From assembly GCF_009914755.1 (NCBI RefSeq), contig NC_060934.1: DNA of 64,000 nt. One strand, given 5' to 3'. A program made the translations under genes and the position numbers. This DNA is from the human T2T-CHM13v2.0 reference genome, Homo sapiens. The notes beneath the pieces are model-generated. The model was not told the origin of the DNA. It saw only the letters and a program-made list of their open reading frames with translations, and searched no databases. Each line of letters starts with the position of its first letter. Position 1 is the stretch's first letter. Shown here piece after piece: positions 36,684 to 50,890 of this stretch.

Positions 36684-39600
36684 GTGCTGTTCTGAGCCAG
36701 CGAGCAGAGGTTGGTGAGTTGATCACTATTAAAGCAGGAGCTGCTGCTGCTCCTCCCGCCAGGGCTCTGTGTGATTGCTTTCCGGGTTTAGTACCTGCAA
36801 TGTTCTCAGTTTCCACTCCTGATGTGGATGCTGGGGGGTAGGGAGGGCCACCACCACCATGCCCTGTACAGGGTGCTGCATGCATGCTCTGCGTCTATCT
36901 TCACAACCCCATAATGAGATGTGGGCCACCCCATTTTACTGGGGGAGAAGGCTGACACTAGAGAGGTTAAGGAGTTTGCCCATGGTTACGCAGCCCAGGA
37001 AGCTCCAGGGCAGGGCTGGGACCCAAACAAACCCAGGCCTGCCTGACCCCAAAGCGCCTCACCCAGCTGGATGTGGCCCCTGCCCTCCGAGCTTAGGCAA
37101 GGAGACGAATCCACGGCTGACTAGAGTGGGTGCTGGCCGTCTGCACTGATAGTTTTCGGGTTTTGTTTGTTTAGGTGTTTTTATTATTTTAGGTGCACAG
37201 TGATTTGGAAGAGAAAGTCAATTCTTCTCCAGAACTACTTAATAAGTCACAGGAGACTGATAAACAATTACAAATGTAATAGAGTGGCAAATAAACACTT
37301 AGGATAAACGTGAGGAACTCCAATGCCACGGTCGGGAACAGCAAATGTGTTTACGGAACATCACATCCGGCATCTAGAAAAGTGACAGCAACAGCAAAAG
37401 GGAATTCAGGCATCTATCATGAAGCCGGAACACACTGCGGGATCTTGTATCTCTTGGAAAAGCTAATATTCCTTGGTGATCGCAATAGCTCATTAGAGTT
37501 TGATGGTTCCTGTTCCTAAGTGATGATGTGGTTGTTCATCGGCCTGGCCTCTATGTGGAGAACTCTGCAGGACCTGGCTCCAAGGCCACTAGTTTGGGAA
37601 AACCTCTCTCCATAGTGGGTTCCTCCTCCTTTTGTATTTTTGTTCATATCGTTTTTATATTGAGAAATGATCCACGTACCGTAGCATCCACCCATTTAAT
37701 GTGAACAATTCGCCAGTTTTTAGTATACACCACACAGCTGTGTGAACACCACCACTCCCCAGTCCCAAGATGTTTTCATCACCCTGATGAGCGACTGCTG
37801 GTTCTAACACAGCAGTTCCCACAGGGACTCATGTCAGAAGTCACTGAGATCACCCAGCTCAAAAGGCACCCAAACGCACAAGCTTCAATCTCAGCTTCAG
37901 CTCAGACAAGGGCAGGCGCTTGGTGGCCTTGAGCTCTGACATGTCCTCCAGTTACTGCTCCACGTATGGGACTTCTCAGAGGGCCACCTTTGAGAAAAGA
38001 TCCCAAGCTGGTGCTGAAGTTGCAGGCGGCTGGGAGCAGGTGACCATCCCTGGGCTGGCTCACCCCGGTGACGCTGGCCCCACCTCCCCGTGCTCCTCAA
38101 ACACCCCCCAACCCCCCAGCTGGCTCCTCAATGACAGTTACCGGAACGGCCCCATTTCCTCAGGCAGGAGGACCCGAGATGGGGACACACTCATGTCCTC
38201 CAATTCACCCTCAACAACATCTTGCAGTGCTGTGGCCACGTGAGGGTTGTAATGAGAGGGAGCCAGGGCACCTGGCCTTGTTATTCTCCATTTGCTGGCA
38301 TCCGAATTTAAATCACTGATCAATAATTCCCAGCCTGTGATATGGTGCCATCAATAATGATTATATATTTTTTTCCTACCAGGAAAAAAAGGCCATTTAA
38401 TGTAGCTGAGACGGAGCCCTTTTGTTCCACTGAATCACAAACTGTGACTGTCTCATCAGGAGGCTGGATGAGACAGGACTGGCCAGGCCAGCTGATCTGG
38501 AGGGAATGTCCAAGGTCACCTTAGACTGAACACAGGGGTGACACTGGTGAGGCTCATTTTCTGCCAGTTACAAACATCCATGTTTGGTCCTAAAAACGCC
38601 CAAATGAATGGCAGGTGCCCTGTTTGTTGGGGCCATTCTATTTCCTACCAGGCCCTAGGTTCCTTGTGCACGAGTGGGGTTCCCAGCCCCTCTTTGTTCC
38701 TTCCAGAGCATCCAATCACAGGGCCCCGGTAACTGTTCACAGACTGGGAGGCAGCACTTCTCAGAGGCGACACCAAGCATCCCTGACATCTCCGAGCCTG
38801 GCGTGGTTTACAAAGCACCTTCTCGTGATTCACCAGTGACTCTCATGGCAGATGTTTCTACAAGCAAGAAAACTGGGGTGCACTGAGGATTGGCGGGCTA
38901 CCCCTGGTTATAAAGCCAGGCGCAGGGTGTGGGCCCCTCACTGCAGGGCAATGGCCACTGCACACCGGGGCGGGGCCAGTATGTGACATGTGCTGCCACC
39001 CCCTCCTTCAACAGCGTCAACCTCACTAAGCAGCCCAGAACTCCGGGTGAGACAGGTCCCTGAACTGTGGCTGCCCCAGGGTCGTTTCTAAGTGCCCTCC
39101 CTGATCCCAGCCCAGCGGGCACACATCTCACCTTAGGATCTCTGCAGATACAGACACAACGGAGCTCTTTTTCCCTATAGTGTTCCTCCTGCTCGGAACC
39201 GTCCTTTCCAAACAATCATGTGGGAATACACAGGACTGCCAAGGACTTCACAAACATTTCCCCAAAACATAAACAGTGTTCAACACTTGGGAGTTTTCAG
39301 CTTGGTGGTTTTTCTCCCACCAATAACAAGATGTGGCGCCTCACCAGGCAGTCCCTCCTGAACAGTCTTCAGAGAACCCCTTCACAAAGACCCGAGCTGT
39401 CCTTCTGGCCTGGGCGCTGCCAGCTCTCCCTCCCCGCTCTGTGATCGAGGCCAACCCCCTTGACCTCAGGTGGCTCAACAGCTCAGTCCTATTAAAGTGA
39501 CCTCGTGCCGCTTCCAGGGCCCATATCAAGGTGTGTCAACAGGCAGCTTCTGGGAAGCAAAATGCCTGAACCCACCAGGAATCAATAGGCAGCTTCAATA

Positions 39601-40508
39601 AAGACACCGCACTACAGTAGTCCTCACAAGGACCCTTGTAATTCTTAATCTTCCAAAATCTTAGAGGAAAGGAAAGAGTGAGAGCTGGAGGGAGAGGTGA
39701 GAAAGAGAAATCGATCCGTGGCTATTGCTGCAACCTCTACATCTCCACGGCTTTCTCCTCATTCCGTCTCTTCTCCACAGAGGCGTTCTCCTAATTTCCC
39801 TTTGAGATGGTTTAAATCAATAATGAATCCCTCAGTGCTAGGAACAGCCTGCGTTTTAATCCTTGTGCAAATCTGTTCTAGAGAAAACATCGCATGACAT
39901 TCCCAGTGCCAGGCTCTCTTCTGATTGAGAACACATCCAGGGCTTTCAATCAGTGCTTCTAGGGGCTGGGGGAAGTTGAGCTGTTTGGAGAGGGGCTTCC
40001 GGTGCTGCCTGAATAGCAAGAGAGATTCTCAAGTCAAAGTTCCGCTGCGGTTCGAAGGCATGAATCCGGCTCAGCTCCCTTCTGTGTGTGCTGGCTTTTG
40101 CCCTAGGGCGGGCATCCTGCTCCCTCTGATGTGGAAGTAGGTGAATGAGGTGCATCCAGGCTTAGGCATCCACAAATACCGGGTCCTTCCTATTTACAGA
40201 GCTTTGCAAAACTGGGGAGCCATCCTGCTAATAACTCACAGCCCAGTCCCTCCTGGGAACGAGCCTCAGCTGAAGAGACCACCAGCAGCAACCAAGGTTA
40301 AGCCTCCACAGGTGGTCCTGTCCAATGATGGGTGGATGGGAGAAGCCTCACCCAGAGATAGCTCTGAGGGGCTGCCCCAGCTCAGTCATTTACATGAAGC
40401 CTGGCCCTACTCCCTCAACTAGACAGAGGCTCCATGAGAGCAAACGGGATGGATTTTCCTCTCCTATGTACAGCTTGCATCTAGCACATCAAGGGTGTTC
40501 AATAAATA

Positions 40509-40836
40509 CAGCCAGGCGTCACTTAACAGCAGGGATATATATGTTCTGAGAAATGCATCAGTAGGTGATGTCATTATGTGAATGTCATAGAGTGTTCACA
40601 GAAACCCAGATGGCACAGCCCCCTACACACCTAGGTGGCGAGGTACAGCCTACTGCTCCTATGCTGTCAGCCTGTACCGCAGGAATCCTGTGAGCAGTTG
40701 TAACATAAGAGTTAGAATTTATGTATTGAAGCATAGAAAAGGCACAATGAAAACACGGGATTATAACTTTACGGGGCCACCATCATATATGGGGTCCACT
40801 GTTGACCAAAACTTGGTTATGTGGTTTGCAACTCTG
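40509..40836. mobile_element. Tigger3a/MER7A-like TcMar DNA transposon
   Basis: cagccaggcgtcacttaac...gttctgagaaatgcatc...ctacacacctagg...accatcatatatggggtccactgttgaccaaaac. Confidence 0.75.
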
Positions 40837-40879
40837 GGGAGTGAGTAAATGAGTGATCAGTTTATTGTTATTATTAGTA

Positions 40880-41110
40880 ATAACTGATACCTAATAATAA
40901 TAATAGTTACATATTTTCCATTTGTCAAGCACTGTTTAAACACGTTACTACAAATATTAAGTCATTTAACTCTCACTACCCTGGAGGTAGGACTATCTTC
41001 CCCCATTTTACCGATGAGAAAATAAGGCACAGAGAGGTTAAGTTTCTTGTCCCAGTTTACAGAGCAGTAAGTGACAGGGCTGGGGTTCCAATGCCTGTGT
41101 TCCTGCCACC
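40880..41110 (-). mobile_element. MIR
   Basis: ccccattttaccgatgagaaaataaggcacagagaggttaagtttcttgtcccag. Confidence 0.7.
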
Positions 41111-42627
41111 ATGACCCCGGTACACCTCCCAGACACTCAGCGGGTGAAAGCTGTGCACCACCCTGAGGCCCCCTCACACACTCTGCAGACAGAGTGAAAC
41201 TGATGAAACCAGGATTCCTGCCCAAATGTTCAGCCCTGCTATTCCTCTGTGTCCCCATGAGTGACTGCCTATAACAGAATCCATTTCATTAAAAGCCTGC
41301 TTCCTTTCCTAGTTTATCGTCATAACTGAATCATTTGACCAGTCCAACGGGTTGTTTAAAAAATCAGTTTATATAAGCAGATGAAGAAAAGAACTAGCCA
41401 GGTTCCAAGACTCCAGGGGTTTGGGTCAAAATCGAGTTTGAATTCTTCGCCAAGCTGAGTTCTCCTTCCCTTTGGACTCATCATCACAGAATGGGAAAAT
41501 GAACCATTCCTGTGGTGGGTTGTTTCTGGGCATTGCATTAAGACTACACACAGAATCAAACCCCAAACATAGACACGGTAAAATCCTTAACAGATGGTAC
41601 ATGACCCCACTCCAAATGTCCCTTGAATAAAGGAGGAATGCAACTAGGTTGGAGGTGCCAGCACCTTCCACGCATTTTTCACATTTAACGGGGGCTATAA
41701 CTGCCTCTGAATTAAGAGACAAACACTATCAACTGTCTCACAAATGAAGAGGCAGGAGGCTAATGTGAGATGCATTTGAAAAGAATAGTCTTTACCACTT
41801 ACGAATGGGATTAAATAAAGAAAAATTCTGCTTGCAATTGGTGGCTTCTTTTTAATTAACTGGGCCAATTTAGCATAGGAATGCATCAAGCTAGTTTTAA
41901 ATTGTCATGATCTCTTACAGAGAGGAAACTGGAACATGAATTCTTGGCTGGCTTCTTTGGCCATATGAACCATCCCATCCACTTGTTTCCATTATTCCTC
42001 TGTTCTCCTCCAGAAAAAAAAAAAAAAAATGGACTTGCCACTTGAATCCTTCTCTGGAAATTTAAAAGTGATTTGACTTTGCTTAAAATTCCAACATTTT
42101 CAAACCCTCTACTTTGGATCAATTAGGCTGAATGTGAACCTAAAACTAAAAATAAAAGTGGTATTTCCCCTCTCCAAGCCAATTTATAGAAGGAAAAGAA
42201 CAACTTGGACCAATCCAACTTGCAGCCAGCAACCCCCAAAATCTCCTGCTTCCAGAAGTGCAAGGTCACAGAACAGGGCTAATGGCCCAGGATCCCGTTA
42301 GACTGATGGAACTTGGGCTCAGAGTGTTTGTTTCTTCAAGAGTGACCTAAACACACAGTATTTATCATCCTTTCTGGCTGAGATGGGAAACGCGCCAACC
42401 ATTTCAGACAGGCCATGGGTCATGGGCTTCGAAAAAGAAGAAATTCCTATTGTTACTTATTTTTATAAATGTTTAAGAAGAAATGAAACAGCTGCTATGT
42501 CAGTAACTTACACAGAAAATATGCACATAAACACACTTCCTCTGCCACTAGAGCTGGGATCAAGCTGGAAGCTACTCTCCCGGCTGCAAAGCCCAGGCCC
42601 CAGTTTCCTGAGGATCAGGTGCAGAAC

Positions 42628-43163
42628 GGGAGGTGGCTGACTCCTAGGACGGTCCTCAGTGATCCCCGGTTCTTGGTATTCACACCCTGTAGTGTCTTCC
42701 CACTGAGTGTGGCTAGACCTCATGACTCACTTCTAACCAACAGAATATGGCAATGACGATGGGATTTCACACTCATGACTAGGTTAGAAAAAATCGTGAC
42801 TTCTAATCTGCTAGCAGACGCTCTAGCTTGCTGGCTTGGATAAAGCCTGCAGCCATACCGGAGAGGCCCTGTGGTGAGGTATGGAGGGTAGCCTCTCGCC
42901 AAAAGCCAGCAAAGATGTGAAGCCCTCATTCCAACAGCTCTTGAGGTGCTGAATTCTGCCCACAACCATGTGCGCTTGGGAGCAGGTCCTTCTGCAGTCA
43001 AGCATATTGACGACCCCCAGCCTGATGACAGCTAGGTCACAGCCTCATGAGAGACCTTAAGTAGAGGACCCAGTAAAGCTGCACCCAGGTTCCTGACCCC
43101 CAGAAACTGTTTGAAGCTGCTAAGTTTTGGCAAACTTTTTCCGCAGCAGTACTAATTAGTACA
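42628..43163 (+). mobile_element. MaLR LTR (MLT1F-like)
   Basis: gtgtggctagacctcatgactcacttctaaccaacagaatatggca...ttcctgacccccagaaactgt...gctgctaagttttgg. Confidence 0.7.
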
Positions 43164-43710
43164 GCAGGCAATGCAAGGCCTGGGTCAGCGTCCTAACACA
43201 CGCTGCTGCCCTGGCATCCTGCCCTTCCCCTCAGCACCAGGACATGAGCCATGACGAAGCCGCCGCCCACTTCTCTGATAAAGCACCAGCTACCAGGGGG
43301 TAGGCACTGGGTCGCCACTGTTGTTCACCAGGGCACGTATGCTCAGTGCCCAGCACAGCACCCAGCCTGTGGCAGGGGCTGAATATGTGTTTGAATTGAC
43401 CAACTATTTCTGTTAGGCTGAGGACCAGGGAGGCAAGAAGCTTTCACATTCAGTTCCTAGGATACATAGAGTATTTGTTATTAAAAGAAGAAAACACGGT
43501 GACTACTTGGGGGGACCATGCTGTGAACTGTGAGCCTCCTTCTAGCTGGCAGACTCAGGCTGGGGTAAGAGAGAAGAGTTTGGCAGGTCTTGCTCCTTGC
43601 TGAGCCGCTTGCACCTGCACGGTGCTGCTGTCTTCTGTTCCAGCACTCACCTTTGTGGTGTTGGTATCCTCAGAGGTGGGACCAGAACTCCAGGAAGAAA
43701 GAAACATACT

Positions 43711-44872
43711 CAGGGACCCTGGCTCCACCCCTAACAGGGACCCTGGCTTCATCCCCTAACAGGGACCCTGGCTTCATCCCCTAACAGGGACCCTGGCTCC
43801 ACCCCCTAACAGGGACCCTGGCTTCACCCCTGATAGGTACCCTGGCTCCACCCCTAACAGGGACCCCGGCTCTACCCCCTAACAGGGACCCCGGCTCCAC
43901 CCCCTAACAGGGACCCCGGCTCCACCCCCTAACAGGGACCCCGGCTCCACCCCCTAACAGGGACGCCGGCTCCACCCCCTAACAGGGACGCCGGCTCCGC
44001 CCCTAACGGGGACCCCGGCTCCGCCCCCTAACGGGGACCCTGGTTCTACCCCTAACAGGGACCCTGGCTCTACTCCCTAACAGGGACCCTGGCTCTACCC
44101 CTGATAGGTACCCTGGCTTCATCCCCTAACAGGGACCCTGGCTCCACCCCTAACAGGGACCCTGGCTCTACCCCCTAATAGGGACCCTGGCTCTACCCCC
44201 TAATAGGGACCCTGGCTCTACCCCCTAACAGGGACCCTGGCTCTACCCCTGATAGGTACCCCGGCTCCACCCCCTAACAGGGACGCCGGCTCCACCCCTA
44301 ACAGGGACCCCGGCTCCGCCCCCTAACAGGGACCCCGGCTCCGCCCCCTAACGGGGACCCCGGCTCCGCCCCCTAACGGGGACCCTGGTTCCACCCCTAA
44401 CGGGGACCCTGGCTCTACCCCCTAACAGGGACCCTGGCTTCATCCCCTAACAGGGACCCTGGCTCCACCCCTAACAGGGACCCTGGCTCTACCCCTGATA
44501 GGTACCCCGGCTCCACCCACTAACAGGGACCCTGGCTCCACCCCTAACAGGGACCCTGGCTCCACTCCCTAACAGGGACCCTGGCTCCGCCCCCTAACAG
44601 AGACCCTGGCTCCACCCCTAATAGGGACCCTGGCTCTACCCCCTAACAGGGACCCTGGTTCCACCCCCTAACAGGGACCCCGGCTCTACCCCTGATAGGT
44701 ACCCTGGCTTCATCCCCTAACAGGGACCCTGGCTCCGCCCCCTAACAGGGACCCTGGTTCCACCCCTAACAGGGACCCTGGCTTCATCCCCTAACAGGGC
44801 CCATGGTTTCATCCCCTAACACGGACCCTGGCTCCAACCCCTAACAGGGACCTTGGCTCCACCCTAAACAGG
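43711..44872. repeat. 24/25-bp GC-rich minisatellite (VNTR), about 47 copies, CHST15 intron 5
   Basis: Unit cagggaccctggctccacccc(c)taa with recurring variants (tgataggtacc, ggctccgcccc, ggcttcatcccc). Confidence 0.97.
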
Positions 44873-46059
44873 AGAACATGTGGTGTTTTCCTTTGCACCT
44901 GTCCTCCTCTCTGCCTGGAAGGCTTCATCTTAACCCACCTTCCTGCCTTGTTTACACAGCAAACTCTTATTCATCCTTCAAAACCCAGTCTGGCATCAGT
45001 CTTCTCCAGGTCAGTTCCTTCTGGATCTCCCCACTCTGGAGCCCCACTCTCCTCACCTCCTACTCTGCAGAACTGCAACCAACCACAGCCATGCCCACGT
45101 CCCCACTGGGAGCTCCAGTCTCCCAGGGCCCAGAGCAGGGCTGACACACACCAAACCCAGTCCCGACAGATGGGCCCCCACCTCTCTGTGCCCAGACAGT
45201 ACACAAGGCTGCTGTGTGCACTCTCGGCCCCTGAGGTTAAGGCGTGGTCTGACCTTTCTCAGAATGAGGAACTAAGCAGCAGCGACAGGAAAACATTTGA
45301 TGAGCACACCGAGCACTTGCGCCCTTCAGCTGGGGGCCGTGTCGGGGAGGGAGGCAGAGCAGCTATGCAAACACCTCCGGGGGCGGCGAGGGGTCAGCTC
45401 GAGGTGACAGTTATGTCACCATGAGAGCTCGGCTAGTGTGCGTCAGCCCTGCTGGATGGAGGGAGACCACTCAGCAGGGCCGATTTCTGCCTCCAAAACA
45501 CGGGAACCAGCAGGTGGGACATGGCAAGGGACGGCAAGTCAGTGCCTGCCTCAGAACAGAGTGGAAGAAGTCCTGGGCTGGGAGATGCAGAGAGCAGGGA
45601 GCGAAACCACACCTGGCACCTGCTAGAAGGCATGGCACCGGGACAGCCACCAAGAGCTCAGGCTCAGAGCGCTGGGGCTGAGGGAGGGCAGATCCAGCCT
45701 CTCCCTGACCAGGTCATACTCAGAGCAGCGGGAGCCATGCAGACTCCACAAGAGGGACATCAGCTCAGAAGTGTGACCAGAGCAGACTTTAAAGCATGTT
45801 TCTGGGGGGCAACAATGCAAAGTGAAAGAAGCAGGACATAAGACTGTCCTGTCACACCCATGTGCACACACACACACACACACTTATTTGCATAGAAAAG
45901 TCTGGAAGAAAATACACCAAAACATAAATAGTAGTTATCTAGGTGAGAAATTAATAGTTTGAAAACAGTTTTCCAATATATGTTCCAAAATTTCCACAAC
46001 AAACACGCCTTATTGTTATAATTGGCAAATACGTGGGGCCAGGAAGGTATGCCACCTGA

Positions 46060-46483
46060 AGAAGGGGTCCCAGGGGTCAGTTTCCCGGGGCTGCCAGGAC
46101 AAATCACCACGAACTCGTGGTGCGTAATGACAGGACTTTCTTCCCTCAGTGTCCTGGAAGCTGGAGTCTGAAACCCAGGTGTGGGGCAGAGGTGGTTCCT
46201 CTGGGATGCCAGGGGAGAATCTGTTCCACTCCTCTCCTGGCTTCTGGTGGCTGCCGGCACTCCTTGGCACCCCTTGGCTGGTGGCAGCATCACTCCAGCC
46301 TCGTCAAGAGGCATGCTCCCTGTGTCTTAGGGTGGGTGAGGGTCTACCCTGATCCAGTATGACCTCATTTTAACCGGAGTGCATCTGCAAAGAAAGATCC
46401 TATTTCCAAATAAGGTCACAGTCATACACACTGGGGGAGACAACTTCAGCTTATCTTTTTGGGGGGCACAATTCAATCCATAA
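46060..46483 (-). mobile_element. MaLR LTR (MLT1B/C-like)
   Basis: cagtttcccggggctgcc...ctggaagctggagtctgaaa...catctgcaaag...cctatttccaaataaggtcaca...cacaattcaatccata. Confidence 0.75.
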
Positions 46484-46934
46484 GAAGATGTAGTTGGCCC
46501 AAAGGAAAATAAGACACAAAGGGCTGTGGTCCCTGTCTTTAAATATCGCCAGCCTCTCCTGTTTTGGAAGGATTAGACTTGGTCTGTCTGACTCTATGGA
46601 GAAGAAAGAGGACCAATGAGTGGATGTTTCCCCAAAACAGACCTGGTCTCAAAATAGGAACACAGCTGTCCTAAGCTACACTGGCCATCTTGCGCGGAGA
46701 ATTCCCTGACTCAGAGGGCCTCGGATTAGACAGGTGCCCCCTTAGCTCTGATGTGGAAGTATTGGAGGGAGCACTGGACCAAATAATTTTCAGGTCCTGG
46801 CAGCCCTGAGATTCTGCATTCACACAGGCATAAATGATGCAAGCAGTGCCCAGTGCCAGCCAGGCCGCCCCATAGTGGCTGTTCAATATCCCACTACCCT
46901 GGCCTCACCCACACTGGGAAACCCTTGATCTTAA

Positions 46935-47609
<675 letters not shown>

Positions 47610-47714
47610 TAATTTTTTCTAAAGGAGACAAAATCTTATTTGTCATGAGAGGGGAACACTGTTCTTCAAAAGTTCCTCTTCTCACCCCAAATACAACACA
47701 CAGAAACTGCTCAC

Positions 47715-47871
47715 CTCTCCACAGGGTCCCTGAGCATGACAATCAGTCTGGCATTTGGCTGAAAGGCGTGGATGAAGTCCTGCGTCAGAAACGGTGGCTC
47801 GCCATCCGTGCTGTTGTCGTAGAAGAACGTCCAGGCATTATTATCCCACATCGTGGAGGCACTGGCCTCCC
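47715..47871 (-). CDS. CHST15: CHST15 exon 5 (157 bp), first half of the 3'-PB motif
   Basis: Acceptor tgtttccag|GG; (G)EASASTMWDNNAW...ARLIVMLRDPVE(R); donor AG|GTGAGC. Confidence 0.96.
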
Positions 47872-50629
47872 CTGGAAACAGAAAACACTCCAAGTGAGCA
47901 GGGGTGTGATTCAGGCTCCCACGGAGTGGCTCTAGGTGCCAGAGGCCACACCTGGCCCCGATGCCTTCCTCTTAAGCAGCGGGAGAGGCCAAGCTGTCAG
48001 CCTTTGCGGGCATCTGGGACTCCAAAGAGAGAAGGTTGGATGCCCCCCCCTGCCACAGCCACACCCCACCTCCACCCCAAAAACTTCTGTCTGGAAGTCC
48101 AGGCGATCCATGCAACACTGAGTGCCCCCACCCCTGAGCTCCTCTTTCCAAGGGGAGCAAAAATGAAACCTTCCCTAGCACCTGGGCCCCCAGTTTCACA
48201 GTATTTAACTTTGCTCACAGTGCACAGCTCTGTGGCATTTTAAGGGCCCACTGAGAATGCAGTCTGTCAGAAAAACACGCCAAAACATAAACAGCAGTTA
48301 TCTAGGTGGGAAATTATAGGTGGTTTTGAAAATGGTTTTCCTGTATAGTATTCCAATATATGTTCTATACAGTAGATGGTTCTAGTAATAATAGATGGAG
48401 TTCTCTCTGAACTGGGGGCCCAAGATGATGAAAGGCCTTGACATTTCTGCCCAGGATCTAACAAAGAGAAAGAGCTGGGGCAGAGCTGAGCCACATTTCA
48501 GAGCCGGGAGGAGCCGAGAACTGGTCTAGCAGACCAGGAGCCTGGAGCTGGTACTAGATGATTTCCTTCCAAAGCGTCAGGAGAAAGGAGGAGGGTGGGA
48601 ACACTAACCCTTATGAGGAATTTGAGTGTGATTTCCTTCCTTGAAGCTGTAACTGTTCATCACAGAGCATACTCTAAGACTAAAAGAGAGAGGGGCTTTG
48701 CCACAGGGCTCACACGCCCTGTCTCCTGCGAGGCGACTGCTCTGCACGCAGCTGGCGCCTACTCAGTGCAGCCTGGGTGAACGGGAACTGGGTCCCAGCC
48801 AGTTTCACATTTCATCATGGTCCTCACGAGTGAAGGATGTAAATGGCAAACACACGTCCCAGCACAGAGGTGATGCCAAGACACAGGCAGGCATTCCAAC
48901 AGCACAGACTCTCTCAGAGGATGAAGCCAAATTTCCTGAGGGTTTGAGGAGAGACAGTGTGTGTGCGTGTATGTGTGTGTGTATATGTGTGTGTTTAGGA
49001 AAAAGGAAATTCATCAATCAGCTCTACACTTGATTTCCTGACAGTTTGCCAAGGACCACAGGACACATCTGAAAGTTACTTATCTGGGGAGAGACTGAGC
49101 CAGATGACTGAGTCTCTTTGGTCAGTGACAAGTGTATCATATCCCTGCAGGCCCCTATCATTTCTGTCGGATGCGTAATCACATCCAGGTGAACAGCTCT
49201 GTTCTGGCCTTTTGTTCTTTCTTTTTTTAAAGAGATAATACCCTAGGATACAGAAAAAACGAGTCAATCAGAAGTCCCTTGAAAATTCTACTCACAATGA
49301 ATAAGAATATAAAGGACAAGTGAACTCTGTAGCTAAATTGGCACAAATTCTGTCAGATCTCAAAAATGAACTGGTTTTAGAGCCATGGAGGCGTTTGTCC
49401 ATCCACCTGACTGTCTTCCTTCCATCCAGCCACCATCCATCCTTCGTCCATCCAGGAAGCATTAACTTAGTGTCTAATCCGTGCTCAGCATTGTGCTTGG
49501 CACCAGGGACAGATCAGGGGAGGAAAGCACGGCCCCTCCTCTCTCGGACCTTAAGACATAAGGGGGACGATGGCAATTCAAGAAACAAAGAGTACCACGA
49601 TGGGTACCTGGGAGTAGAGGCAGGAGACTTTCAACATGTCTAAAGCTCCGGCCTCAAGTTCAGCCATCACGTTCAGGCCACTTGAATCCTGAACCTCTTG
49701 TGTGACTCTAGCTGTCAAAAAGACAGCAGAAGAAAGGTCCTCTCTGACCTAGGGGCCCAAGATGATGAAAGATCCTGCTGTTTCTGCCCCGAATCTAACA
49801 AAGAGGAAGCGCTGGGGCAGAGCTGAGTCACATTTCAGAGCTGGAAGGAGTCTAGAACTGACCTGGTCCAACAATCCCACTTTGCAGAGGTGCAGACAGA
49901 GTCCAGGAACAGGAAAAATGAACGGCCGCAAGGCACAGAGCTGGCCGCTGGCCCAAGCAGGGCTAGATACTTGTCACACCACAAGACTACCATAGAACTC
50001 ACCAAACTCTGCTTTAAGTAAATATCAGCACAGTGATTTTATTTTTCATTCTTTTTAAAATCTTGGAGCAAGCAAAATTAGGAGACCAAACTGAGGCTTT
50101 CCTTTTTCATTCATTATCTTAGTCTCTGTTTCCTGGCCGGAGAATACATATTTTCATCTCTTTCATAAGAACATGTGATTTTCCCAGAGGCATATGGTAT
50201 AGGAGTCACAATGAAATGTAAGTCAGACTTGAGATTTGGGGAGTTTGGACTCCCAAGTTTGCAAAAAACTAGATAACAGCCAAATCATACTGGAGGTGAC
50301 TCCCAGTGACTTAATTTCTTTGAGTTTAAAAGAAAAAAAAGAGTTAAGTCAGGACTTAGGCACATAAGTCTGTCCCCTTGGACAGGAGAGTCTTAAGTTA
50401 AAAAGTCATCTTTCGAAGGGCTGATTATAATTCCTCTTAGTTGCTAATAGATTTATTTAATTTGGAGATTGCAAATATAACAGATCTAGGAAAATTAAAA
50501 AATAGATCACTATCTAAGGTAAACAATTTAAGCAAAACGTGACTCAATTTCTCTTTTAGAAGGCATCAGTGGATAAACGCCTTCTAAGCTGAATCCAATA
50601 AAAAGAATTATGTCAGGCAAATAACAAGT

Positions 50630-50890
50630 CTAGAGATCTAAGGTAGAGCATGTGCACTGTAGTTATTAATCCTATTAATCCTGTATTGCATGCTGGAAAT
50701 TTTCCAAGACAGTATATTTCAGGTGCTTTTACCACACACACGCCCCCCTCCCCACACACAAAGGTAACTGTGAAAAAAACATGGCTATGTTAATTTGCTT
50801 TACTGTAGCAATCATTTCACTGTCTCTATTTCCATCGAAACATCACAGTATGCTGTACACCTTAAATTATACAATAAAAAATAAATTTTA
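50630..50890 (+). mobile_element. Old L1M 3' end fragment
   Basis: ctagagatcta...aaggtaactgtg...tatgttaatttgctt...tgtacaccttaaattatacaataaaaa. Confidence 0.65.

Noticed and set aside
43711-44872. Interstitial telomere or chromosome fusion relic
   Set aside because: Only one CCCTAA per 24/25-bp unit; no (TTAGGG)n runs or head-to-head junction
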